Positions 38,901 to 50,128 of a stretch of DNA of 64,000 nucleotides are shown one piece after another. Source of the DNA: Raja brachyura. Lineage: Eukaryota. Each line of letters opens with the position of its first letter. The first letter of the stretch is position 1. A program made the translations under genes and the position numbers. The notes beneath the pieces were generated by a model. That model was not told the DNA's origin and searched no databases. It saw nothing but the letters and a program-made list of their open reading frames with translations. The stretch spans positions 5,456,001 through 5,520,000 of the forward strand of contig OY740824.1 of NCBI GenBank assembly GCA_963514005.1, read 5' to 3'.

Positions 38901-41464
38901 AACAGTATAATTCTGGACCAGATATATGCCGAGTCTGATTCCTTCATAAACAAGATTAGTGTAGTCAGGGACACAGCTCGAACTTCTGGAATCTCCAACT
39001 GCAGAAATTGTGTCCGGGTGAGGGTCCACGGTTATCACTCATCTTGCTCAGCTTTTTCAAAAGATACTCAAAACCGTCCAAAAATATGTGTGCAGCTGCT
39101 TTGAAATAAAACATTAAAATATAAATTGTCTGTCCCTCTGGATCCCACAAATCTCTTCAAGGTGATTCTCCACATCTCGTAGATAACCTGACAGTCTTTG
39201 CCATCACCGCCCACAGATTCCGTCATGAATAGTCTCCATCATACACACATCTCGTCAACGGAGATAACAGAAAGGTCAAGTGAAGCATGGTGGTTGAGAG
39301 GGATATGTGAGCCATTATTGAATGGCGGAGTAGACAACGGGCCGAATGGCCGAATGCTGGTTCTATCACTTATGAACATGAATTCTGAACTCATGGAAAG
39401 ACAATAAAGAAGCCTAATAATGCAAGGGAAGAAGCTGTTCTCGGGTCTAGTGGAGTGCGCTTTCAAGCTTCTGTGCCTTTTCCCAGACCAGTGCATGTAG
39501 TAGAACGAATGACCGATCTGGGACAAGTTTATGTGTATTGGCTGCTTTTCTGAACAGTGCGAAATGTAGATGGAATCAATGATGTTTGTGTGACGAACTA
39601 AGATACATTCTCAACTCTGCAATTTCAGGGTGTTCCCGAACCAACCAGTGTTACCACCCGACGATATGCTGTGCAAGTGCATCCGCAAGAGTCATTGGAA
39701 AGAAGCCGATTTCCCTACTATCCTCAGGAAGTAAAGACGGCAGAGTGCCGTCTTGGCTGTTGCTTTAATGTGGGTGCTCGCATCTTGGCCGCAGGTCGTG
39801 GGGATATGGGGAGCATACTGTAGGACCGGGACCGCATCTGTATGGGACACCCGTGTCGAGAATTATAGTGGACGAGGTGTTGTAATCTATCCTGACTGAT
39901 CATGATCTTTGGGTCAGACAGCCGAGGGAATAGTGGCGGAGAGGGATGGTGACTTCCAGGTTCAGGAAATTGGCGATAGGATTGGATGTGAATATGGCAT
40001 TGAAGGCGGAGTAATAGCCGAACAATACGAGCCTGAAGCAGGAATCCTTCTTATCGAAGTGTTCGAAAGATGTTTAGGGGTCAAGGAAGTGGCGTTCTCT
40101 GTCGACCTGTTGGGACTGCAGGTAAATGCAACATGTCAAGTTGTCTGTGAGGCAGGAAAGACACCGCCATCACTAACATCTGGAAGTACTTGCCGGTGCT
40201 GGATGCCAGAGTAATTAGAGGATAGCAATGTCACCTTTGCTTTCCCTTGTATCAGGGTGAAGCCCGTCTTCTTCAAATAGGTTATATTCATAATCGAGTG
40301 GAGAGTAAAGATGCATTTAATGAACAGATCCCATCCTGTGCAAGCCTTGACGAAAACCACCGACATTCATGCAGTTGGCTCGGGACATCATCGTTGTCCG
40401 CAATACCCTCGGGGTACCCTTAATAATTCTGCGGAGATCGTAAGTAGACATCTTGTACCGCTCAGGATCATTTCACCTGAACGTTGCAGACATGAATTTC
40501 ACGTGGGAGTCGACCTCGCTGTTTATCCGTAGATTATATTATGGAACCATGTATCGCCTTTTTTGGTGCACCATTCCCAATACACTTGCTGACGCGGTCT
40601 GTGACAACTGAGGCTTATTCAGCTAGGTCAACCGCAAAGTCCTGACATATGGACAAGTCCATCGGCTCATAACTGTCTGTTATATATACCTTGCATACCT
40701 ATAGAGTGCTCGACCTGAGGAACAAACCCAGGTCCCCCTCCTCACCTATCCCCGCGTCGTCATCCGTACCGGGAGATGCATGACACTCGCAGTATCCCAG
40801 CAACTCTAAAAATACATGTACGTAAGACATGTTGGTAGGTGTGGGAGAGTTGGGCCGAAGGCCCTATTGTCACAATGTGTGACTCTACGACTCTATGACA
40901 ACATTTGCTGTCATCCACTCCCAATATTGTAATTTACTGAACTCGCTATACTGTCCCGGCTTTACATGTACCGTTCTTGTTCTAATACTCTCTTGCGAGT
41001 CGAAACTCATATTAATCGAAGCTAGTTCTATCACTGCGAGCCTAGCGACACTTTCAAAGTTTGTTACAGCTTGTTGAATTTCGTTTGAGTTTCGGCAGAG
41101 AAGAACCGTTTTACAGAATAAGAGAAGCGAGGCTGCACATGTTGAACGTGTTACGGGAGAGCATTCAAATTCCGACATTTAAATCAGAATTAGAGGGAAA
41201 TTACATAAATATATAATCTCAAGTTTCAGTACTTCCACTCAGATTAAAACATCATTAGTGGTTATATATCGAGTAGTGAAATCATAACTGTGAATATTGT
41301 TGATACCTTGTTCAGATACCATGAAGTGATGTTAATGTTCTTGTTTGTGTCTTCCTTATCCCAGGGGATGACTTTCTCTAGTAGATATCAAGCCTTCCTC
41401 CAGAACGTGCTGTCGGTTTCATTCCAGCATCGAACTTTGAGCTTCTCTCTCACTTCTCTCCAGG

Positions 41465-41564
41465 ATGAAAATTATATTCACCGATTATCCGTTTTTCCTG
41501 CTGCCTCCCATAGTCCAGTCAGGAATGATTTATTACCCGATTATAGCAGTGCTTGGAATTCTTG
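41465..41564 (+). CDS. GPR139/GPR142-like GPCR copy B, coding exon 1 (MKIIFTDYPFFLLPPIVQSGMIYYPIIAVLGIL)
   Basis: ATG at 41465 and GTAAGT donor at 41565; phase 1, joins exon 2 at 44532 in frame. Confidence 0.88.
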
Positions 41565-42508
41565 GTAAGTATTTGGATCTCTGTTACGAATCGTCCATGA
41601 AAGCATTTGTTTCTACTCCATTCTTGGCAGATATGTGATGTTTAGATTTCCCTGTCCTCCAATCCAATGAAAGACGACTACAGCCGTGTTACTGATGGGC
41701 TGAACTCAATAATACCTCGTTTCGGTCACCTGAAATGTATATTTTCAACCGCAAATGCTGCAGTTGTTTGAAATGATTTCAACGATGGTCTGTTTGGCTT
41801 AAACTTCCTGCAGTCAATACAATATTTTGTGTTTACATTATTGTTTCATTTCGTCGGCTACACACACTTCCTACCCGGTGACACCAGGTAACGTCTCGTC
41901 ATTTATAGGTGTAACAAACCGCGCTTCCTCGTCGCCTCTGTGCACACATATATCGTGAGCCGTTCAGTTTCATCAAATACACTCTGGTTTCCGAGCAAAC
42001 ATTACCCAGGTTGCGGTGCCGTTGGCCAGAATGTCTCCACTGCTTTACACCCAGATGACGGATATTATTCCTCAATATTGCAATGCCTGTCATGGGTGGA
42101 TATCCACTCTTAGCAGGAACAAACATAGCCTACTCAAGGGGAAGCTCAATGTTTCATTCGCTACGCATTGTTCTGTCCTTGCGCGTGAGAAGCAGTTGCG
42201 TTCTGTGGCATCTGTGACAGCAGCAACACCGCTGCCGCAGGGACTCCATTGCACCGAGTAAACAGCTGAAGGAAGACCCGTCTCTGCGTGACACAGCTCA
42301 GAATTTCAGGTGTGTGTGTGGCGGTTCCGATATCCTGACAATGTGTCTGTAAGCAGCAATATGACAATGAGACATTTATACAATTTCTAACTGGGGAGAC
42401 GTTACCGAGAGTGATAGGACAAAAGCGTTGAATGACTGATGAATTGATAAAGTGCAAATAATTGATTTTATTGATTTACTGCGGGAAGTTTCAGTCAAAC
42501 AGAAAATG

Positions 42509-42944
42509 TCCAGTCAAGTCAAGTCAAACAACCTTTATTGTCATTTAGAAATACATTGATATATGCAGTTCCAAACGAAATTACGTTGCATTTGGCTCCC
42601 TGTGCAACACGATAAATTAACAGAAGGGTAGGCATGGATAAAAAGGATAAAAGGTTAAATAGACAATGGTGGCAGCCCGCTACATGGCATTCAGGAGTCT
42701 GACGGCTCGTGGGAAGAAGCTGTTGCAGAACCTTGATGTTCTGCTCCTTATGCTGCGATATCTTTTTCCCGAGGGCAGCAGAGTGAACAGTCCGTGATGG
42801 AGATGTGTGGGGTCTTTTATAATACTGCTGGCCTTAGACACGCAACGTTTGGTTGCAATATCCCCGATTGAGGGGAGAGAGGTCCCGATGATTTTTTCCG
42901 CTGTCCTCACCACTCTCTGCACAGACTTCCAGTCGGAGGCCATT
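42509..42944 (-). mobile_element. Rex1-type LINE 3' fragment in the intron of copy B
   Basis: VQRVVRTAEKIIG...LLPSGKRYRS...NSFFPRAVRLLN; (GACTT)n tail; flanked by an AAATG duplication; absent in A and C. Confidence 0.8.
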
Positions 42945-42997
42945 AAATGATTAATATAACTGCAATTAACTATATCGATGTAATTCAATGCAAATAA

Positions 42998-44013
42998 TAG
43001 GTATGTTACAAAATTTACCTTGAGTAGCGCTGTAGTTCTGCCGCTCCCCGTGTGCGCGACTTTGGTGGGCTTAAAGTGCCGTTTTTCCACAGGCAGGGAA
43101 AATCGATTAATTTCGGGCGATTTTGTTGCGGAAGAAAAATCGCTCCGACATTTCATGAATGAAGGTATTTTTAAATTACTCTAAATTATTTATTAACTAG
43201 AGTAATTTAAAAATGACCTTTAAAAGCCGTGAGCGCCGACAACCGGAAGGATTTTGCGTAGGGGAGAAAAAAAATGTGAATAGTTTATTTTTATTTTAAA
43301 AGTTGGTTTTTCGGGAGGCTTTAATAACATTTTCATGTTGCGAAATGGGGTCCAAAAAATGTATGAACAAACAGTATTTGTCCTCCCGACTTCACCGCTA
43401 ACCGCAACGTTCCAATCCACCGCATTCCACTAAAACCCACTCGCTATTTGATTTAAATGGCCATTAATTTACAGGAATCAAACACTAAATTCCTTCCATT
43501 TAGCCCAGAAATTCATGAAAATGAGATTTAAAAATTATGTTATTTTGTGGATTATTGTGTGAATGTTATTTGGACACTTAGGCAATTTTAAAAAAGTTTA
43601 TCTTTTCTTAAGAAATGGATAGATGTTTAGATCTACTCATTGAATTTTGTAATTGGCTACAATTAGATAACTAACTAATTATATGCTTTAATTTCAGGTC
43701 GTCCAAGTAAGATTGTTTCATATTTGTTTCAGAATCCTTCAATCTATAATAACTGAACATTTCATTGAGTTCTCTTAATTTTTAAGAAAGTTATGGGCTA
43801 TGAACTGTCCAGATCACAGCTTTTGAGTTAAGTCAATTAAAAGGCACTGGGGAACAAGATGCTAATTTCCGAGTATGAAAACGGCCATAACTTTCTTAAT
43901 ACTGAAGATATGAAAGTGAATTAGGTGTCAAATTAAACTTATTTTTATGCTTTATCTGATGGGATCAATTGCAGACTTGATTTTTAAAATCTCAAAATTT
44001 TGTCACATTGCTA
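42998..44013. mobile_element. Non-autonomous TIR DNA transposon (same family as 13356-14424), 7-bp TSD
   Basis: TAGGTATGTTACAAAATTT ... AAATTTTGTCACATTGCTA; TSD CAAATAA at 42991-42997 and 44014-44020. Confidence 0.85.
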
Positions 44014-44531
44014 CAAATAACTGCATTGTTTACTGTTCGAAATATACATTTCATGTCAATAAAACGAAGGGTAAATGAGTAAAAAACGAAGAAAATCACG
44101 GCTAAATTTTCAGGAATCCATTATGAGTTATCAGATGGCATTTGATTTCACTATCTGCCACAAGTAAAACGCCGTGGCGTCTCGCTTCATTTTCAGATCA
44201 CAGATTTGTAATACCTGCCGCGTGCACCATGTTTATCCGACCCGATTAAATACTATTCCGTATAAATTCATTGGAACATTGTCATTATTTTCATTCACGT
44301 ACCTATTGCGATTCCATTCGCCCGCCAAAACTGGCGACAGTCCTAACAGTGGAAAGACGTTTCTTTCTACCCGCCCAACCTATAAAACATGTTGTGCGGT
44401 GGGCCGCTCGCCCTGTCATGAATGTCTATGCTCAACTCTAACCTTCATGTGAAATCGCGTGTTACGTGGGGCACCCTGTAACCTGCACTGTTAATGCACT
44501 TTGTTTATTTCTGATTGTTCCCGTAACACAG

Positions 44532-45442
44532 CTAATGTGATATCCATTGTGATCCTGTCCCGGGGAAAGTGCGGTCTCTCCAAATGTGTATCACGCTATC
44601 TTGTGGCCATGGCTGCGGCGGATCTGTTGGTTGTTGTAATTGACGTTTTACTTTTTCGTATCAATCATATATATTTCCCCGAAACTTTTCTCTTCATTAC
44701 TCAAGTGTGCGCCTTCCACCGGGCCCTGAACCATGCAGTCACAGACATTTCCGTGTGGTTAACACTCTCGTTCACATTTGATCGATATTTGATGATTTGT
44801 TGCCACAAGCTCAGGTCCAGATTTTGCACCGAGGAAACAGCAGCCAGGGTTATAGCAACTGTGTGTCCGCTGTTATGCTTTAAAAACATCCCCTGGTACT
44901 TTGCATTTGAACCTAAAATATCAGTACACAATGTAGCATGGGGCTGTAATGTAAAACAAGAATGCCTCATTGAACCCACATGGATATCATTCAACTGGAT
45001 CCACAGATGTATCAGCCCTCTGCTCCCAATGTTCCTGATATCACTGCTCAACGCTCTAACAGTCGGGCACATTTTAATGGCCAGTAAAGTCCGCAGGAAT
45101 CTGAGAGGCAGCAAGAATACTACGAATCAGAATGATGCTGAGCTGGAAAGTAGAAGAAATTCAATCATCTTGCTCTTTGCAATTTCGGGCAACTTTATTA
45201 TGCTGTGGATGACGTATTTTATATGTTTCCTCTGGGCACAGATAACAACGCGGCGTTATTTTACCGGTTTGAGTGACCCGTCGCTAATCGCGGACGAAAC
45301 CAGCTACATGCTCCTGCTGCTGAGTTGCTGTACAAACACGTGTATTTACGCGGTAACTCAGTCTAAATTCAGAGGGGAACTGAAGAGCGGGATGAAATAT
45401 CTGTGGAGAATGATGTCCAAATGTGTTAAGGAAGGATTCTAA
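44532..45442 (+). CDS. GPR139/GPR142-like class A orphan GPCR copy B, exon 2 (336 aa when joined to exon 1)
   Basis: Acceptor ...ccgtaacacag|ct; intact seven-TM ORF with DRY and NTCIY; about 27 residues differ from copy A. Confidence 0.9.
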
Positions 45443-45889
45443 CGTTGAAACTATAAGAAATAAATCACAGCAGCATTGTCTCTCCCGTTTCATTTGGTCT
45501 TTCGAGCCAGCACCGCCATTCAATGTGATCACGGTTGATCATCCCCAATCAATACCCCGTTCCTGTCTTCTTCCAATATCCCCTGACTCCGCTAAGAGCC
45601 CTATTTTTAAAGAGCCCTCTCTAGCTATCTCTTGAAAGCATCCAGAGAACCTGCCTCCACCGCCCTCTGAGGCAGAGAATTCCACAGACTCACCACTCTC
45701 TGTGAGAAAAAGTCTGTCCTCGTCTCCGTTCTAAATGGCTTACTTCACATTCTTAAACTGTGGCCCCTGGTTCTGGACTCCCGAACATCGGGAATATGTT
45801 TCCTGCCTCTAGTGTGTACCAACCCTTAACAATATTACATGTTTCAATGAGATCACCTCTCATCCTTCTGAGCTCCAGAGTGTACAAGC

Positions 45890-48800
45890 CATATAACCAT
45901 ATAACAATTACAGCACGGAAACAGGCCATCTCGGCCCTTCAAGTCCGTGCCGAACAACTTTTTTCTCTTCGTCCCACCTGCCTGCACTCATACCATAACC
46001 CTCCATACCCTTCTCATCCATATGCCTATCCAATTTATTTTTAAATGATACCAACGAACCTGCCGCCACCACTTCCACTGGAAGCTCATTCCACACCGCT
46101 ACCACTCTCTGAGTAAAGAAGTTCCCCCTCATGTTAACCCTAAACCTCTGTCCCTTAATTCTAAAGTCATGTCCTCGTGTTTGAATCTTCCCTATTCTCA
46201 AAGGGAAAAGCTTGTCCACATTAACTCTGTCTATCCCTCTCATCATTTTAAAGACCTCTATCAAGTCCCCCCTTAACCTTCTGCGCTCCAGAGAATAAAG
46301 ACCTAACTTATTTAACCTATCTCTGTAACTTAGCTGTTGAAACCCAGGCAACATTCTAGTAAATCTCCTCTGTACCATCTCTATTTTGTTGACATCCTTC
46401 CTATAATTGGGTGACCAAAACTGCACACCATACTCCAGATTTGGTCTCACCAACGCCTTGTACAATTTTAACATTACATCCCAGCTTCTATACTCAATGC
46501 TCTGATTTATAAAGGCTAGCATACCAAAAGCTTTCTTTACCACCCTATCTATATGAGATTCCACCTTCAAGGAACTATGCACGGTTATTCCCAGATCCCT
46601 CTGTTCAATTGTATTCTTCAATTCCCTACCGTTTACCATGTACGTCCTATTTTGATTTGTCCTGCCAAGGTGTAGCACCTCACATTTATCAGCATTAAAC
46701 TCCATCTGCCATCTTTCAGCCCATTTTTCCAACTGGCCTAAATCACTCTGTAGACTTTGGAAATCCTCTTCATGATCCACAACACCCCCTATCTTGGTAT
46801 CATCTGCATACTTACTAATCCAATTTACCACCCCTTCATCCAGATCATTGATGTACATGACAAACAACAAAGGACCCAACACAGATCCCTGAGGCACCCC
46901 ACTAGTCACCTGCCTCCAACCCGACAAACAGCCATCCACCATTACTCTCTGGCTTCTCCCATTCAGCCACTGTTGAATCCATCTTGCTATTCCTGCATTT
47001 ATACCCAACAGTTGAACCTTCTTAACCAACCTTCCATGAGGAACCTTGTAAAAGGCCTTACTGAAGTCCATATAGACAACATCCACTGCTTTACCCTCGT
47101 CAATTTCCCTAGTAACCTCTTCAAAAAATTCAAGAAGATTAGTCAAACATGACCTTCCAGGCATAAATCCATGTTGACTGTTCCTAATTAGACCCTCTTT
47201 ATCCAGATACTTATATATATTATCTCTAAGTATCTTTTCCATTAATTTGCCCACCACTGAAGTCAAACTAACCGGTCTATAATTGCTAGGTTTACTTTTA
47301 GAGCCCTTTTTAAACAATGGAACAACATGCGCAGTACGCCAATCCTCGGGGACTATTCCAGTTTCTAATGACATTTGAAATATTTCTGTCATAGCCCCGG
47401 CTATTTCTACACTAACTTCCCTCAATGTCCTAGGGAATATCCTGTCAGGACATGGAGACTTATCCACTTTTATATTTTTCAAAAGTGCCAGTACTTCTTT
47501 TACTTTGAAACTCATAGTATCCATAGCTACTCTACTAGTTTCCCTTACCTCACATAATTCAATATCCTTCTCCTTGGTGAATACCGAAGAAAAGAAATTG
47601 TTCAACATCTCCCCCATCTCTTTTGGCTCTGCAGATAGCTGTCCACTCGGTCTCTCCAATGGACCAATTTTATCCCTTGTTATCCTTTTGCTATTAATAT
47701 AGCTGTAGAAACCCTTTGGATTTACTTTCACCTTACTTGCCAAAGCAACCTCATATCTTCTTTTAGCTTTTCTAATTTCTTTCTTAAGATTCTTTTTACA
47801 TTCCTTATACTCCTCAAGCACCTCATTTGCTTCATGCTGCTTATAATTATTGTAGATCTCCCTCTTTTTCCGAACAAGATGTCCAATTTCCCTTGAAAAC
47901 CAGGGCTCTTTCCAATTTTTCCGGGTTCCTTTCAACCGAACAGGAACATAAAGATTTTGTACTCTTAAAATTTCCCCTTTAAATGTCCTCCATTTCTCCT
48001 CTACATCTTTCCCATAAAACAAAATGTCCCAGTTCACTCCTTTTAAATCATCTCGCATCTCGTTACAGTTAGCCTTTCTCCAATCAAAAATCTCAACCCT
48101 AGGCCCAGTTCTGTCCTCCTCCATAATTATATTGAAACTAATGGTATTGTGATCACTGGACCCGAAGTGCTCCCCTACGCATACCTCCGCCACCTGTCCC
48201 GTCTCATTTCCTAACAGGAGGTCCAGCACTGCCCCTCCTCTAGTAGGCACCTCTATGTATTGCTGCAAAAAACTATCCTGCACACATTTTACAAACTCCA
48301 AACCATCCAGCCCATTTACAGAATGTGTTTCCCAGTCTATGTGTGGAAAGTTGAAATCTCCCACAATCACTACCTTGTGCTTACTACTAATATCTGCTAT
48401 CTCTTTACATATTTGCTCTTCCAATTCTCGTTCCCCATTTGGCGGTCTATAATATACCCCTATAAGTGTTGCTACACCTTTCCCACTTCTAAGTTCCACC
48501 CAAATAGCCTCCCTAGATGAATCTATCCTGCCAAAGCACTGCTGTAATATCTTCCCTGACTAGCAATGCAACACCTCCACCTCTTGCCCCTCCAATTCTA
48601 TCACACCTGAAGCAACGAAATCCTGGAATATTTATTTTCCAATCACAGCCCTCCTGCAACCATGTTTCACTGATCGCCACAACATCATACTTCCAGGTGT
48701 CTATCCAGACTCTAAGCTCATCCACCTTTCTGACAATGCTCCTAGCATTAAAATATGCACATTTAAGAAACCCCCCATCTGTTGTTCTCTGTTTATTTCC

Positions 48801-49412
48801 TTGTTTTTCTTTCTCCTCTTGTGTCCGAGTGCTTCCCTTTTCTGCTTCCTGCCTCCCATTCTGTCTACTAGCTTTTGCTATTTGCATCCCTCGTCCCAAC
48901 CATTCTAGTTTAAAGTCTCCCCAGTGGCCTTTGCAAATTTCCCCGCCAGGATATTGGTCCCCCTCGGGTTCAGGTGCAACCCATCCTTTCTGTACAGGTC
49001 CCACTTACCCCAAAAGAAGTCCCAATGATCCAGAAACTTGAATCCCTGCCCTCTGCACCAGTCTTTCAGCCAAGCATTTATCCTCCACCTTGCTCCATTT
49101 ATACTCTCACTGTCACGTGGCACAGGCAGTAATACTGAGATTGTTACCTTTTTGGTCCTTTTCCTCAACTCTCCTCCCAAGTCCTTAAATCCTCCCTTCA
49201 GGACCTCTTCCCTTTTTTTACCTATGTCATTGGTACCTATATGTACCACGACCTCAGGCTCCTCTCCCTCTGATTTGAGGATTTCTTGGACACGTTTAGA
49301 CACGTCCAAGACCTTGGCACCAGGGAGGCAGGCCACCATCCTGGTCTCCCGACTGCGTCCACAGAATCGTCTATCCAACCCCCTAACAATAGAGTCCCCA
49401 ATTACTATTGCC
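45890..49412 (-). mobile_element. Young CR1 LINE (3' part of ORF1 esterase + near-intact ORF2) nested in an older CR1 fragment
   Basis: ORF1 GDSIVRG/HIGTND/DGLHLN (48905-49414); ORF2 APE-RT 48513-49004 plus 45908-48499 (863 aa, YADD) with one frameshift; (TTATATGG)n tail; absent in unit A. Confidence 0.92.
45908..48499 (-). CDS. CR1 ORF2 endonuclease/reverse transcriptase (major part)
   Basis: 863-aa ORF: GVYYRPP, VGDFN, SSDH, NYRPVSLT, YMDFSKAF, GVPQGSVLGP, KYADD. Confidence 0.8.
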   Translation of the reverse strand: MELRSGKGVATLIGVYYRPPNGERELEEQICKEIADISSKHKVVIVGDFNFPHIDWETHSVNGLDGLEFVKCVQDSFLQQYIEVPTRGGAVLDLLLGNETGQVAEVCVGEHFGSSDHNTISFNIIMEEDRTGPRVEIFDWRKANCNEMRDDLKGVNWDILFYGKDVEEKWRTFKGEILRVQNLYVPVRLKGTRKNWKEPWFSREIGHLVRKKREIYNNYKQHEANEVLEEYKECKKNLKKEIRKAKRRYEVALASKVKVNPKGFYSYINSKRITRDKIGPLERPSGQLSAEPKEMGEMLNNFFSSVFTKEKDIELCEVRETSRVAMDTMSFKVKEVLALLKNIKVDKSPCPDRIFPRTLREVSVEIAGAMTEIFQMSLETGIVPEDWRTAHVVPLFKKGSKSKPSNYRPVSLTSVVGKLMEKILRDNIYKYLDKEGLIRNSQHGFMPGRSCLTNLLEFFEEVTREIDEGKAVDVVYMDFSKAFYKVPHGRLVKKVQLLGINAGIARWIQQWLNGRSQRVMVDGCLSGWRQVTSGVPQGSVLGPLLFVMYINDLDEGVVNWISKYADDTKIGGVVDHEEDFQSLQSDLGQLEKWAERWQMEFNADKCEVLHLGRTNQNRTYMVNGRELKNTIEQRDLGITVHSSLKVESHIDRVVKKAFGMLAFINQSIEYRSWDVMLKLYKALVRPNLEYGVQFWSPNYRKDVNKIEMVQRRFTRMLPGFQQLSYRDRLNKLGLYSLERRRLRGDLIEVFKMMRGIDRVNVDKLFPLRIGKIQTRGHDFRIKGQRFRVNMRGNFFTQRVVAVWNELPVEVVAAGSLVSFKNKLDRHMDEKGMEGYGMSAGRWDEEKKVVRHGLEGPRWPVSVL

Positions 49413-50128
49413 AATCTGCTCCATTCTCATATGTCAGTCCCGCCACCCCGGGGATTAAACTTGTAAACCTACGCTGCACTACCTCAATAGCAAGAATATC
49501 CTTCCTCAAATTAGGGGAACAAAACTGCACACAATACTCCAGTGGTGGTCTCACTAGGGCTCTGTACAATTGTAGAGGGACCTGTTTGCTCGTATATTCG
49601 ATTCCTCTTGTTATAAAGGCCAACATGCCATTCGCTGTCTTCACTGCCTGCTGTACCTGCATGCTTACTTTCACAGACTGGTGCACAAGGACCGACAAAT
49701 CCCGTTGTACTTGCCCTTTTCCCAACTTCACGCCATTTAGATAGCAATCTGACTTCCTGTTTTTGGTACCAAAGTGGATAACCTCACATTCATCCGCAAT
49801 AAACATAATCTGCCATGCATCTGCCCACTCCCACAACCTGTCCAAGTCACCCTGCATTCTCATAGCATCCTTCTCACAGTTCCCACTGCCACACAGTTCT
49901 GTGCAAATTTGATAATTTTACTTTGAATATAATTGTTGTATTCTCGCGTATATCTGACCTATCTCAGTGCAACACCCAAACGATCCTGAAGACATTTTGC
50001 GTTAGTGAACAAGTCGGCAGATTTAGACTGGGTTCGATACTGAGCGAGCTGATGGTCACGTGCTAAATCGTTATCATGCATGCAAACAACTTAATTGAAA
50101 ACCTTGTTTGTCGGGGGATCTGTGTGGT

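Noticed and set aside
48517-49466. Plus-strand ORFs overlapping CR1 elements (also 20312-21004, 53456-54025 and others)
   Set aside because: Antisense shadows of LINE coding sequence
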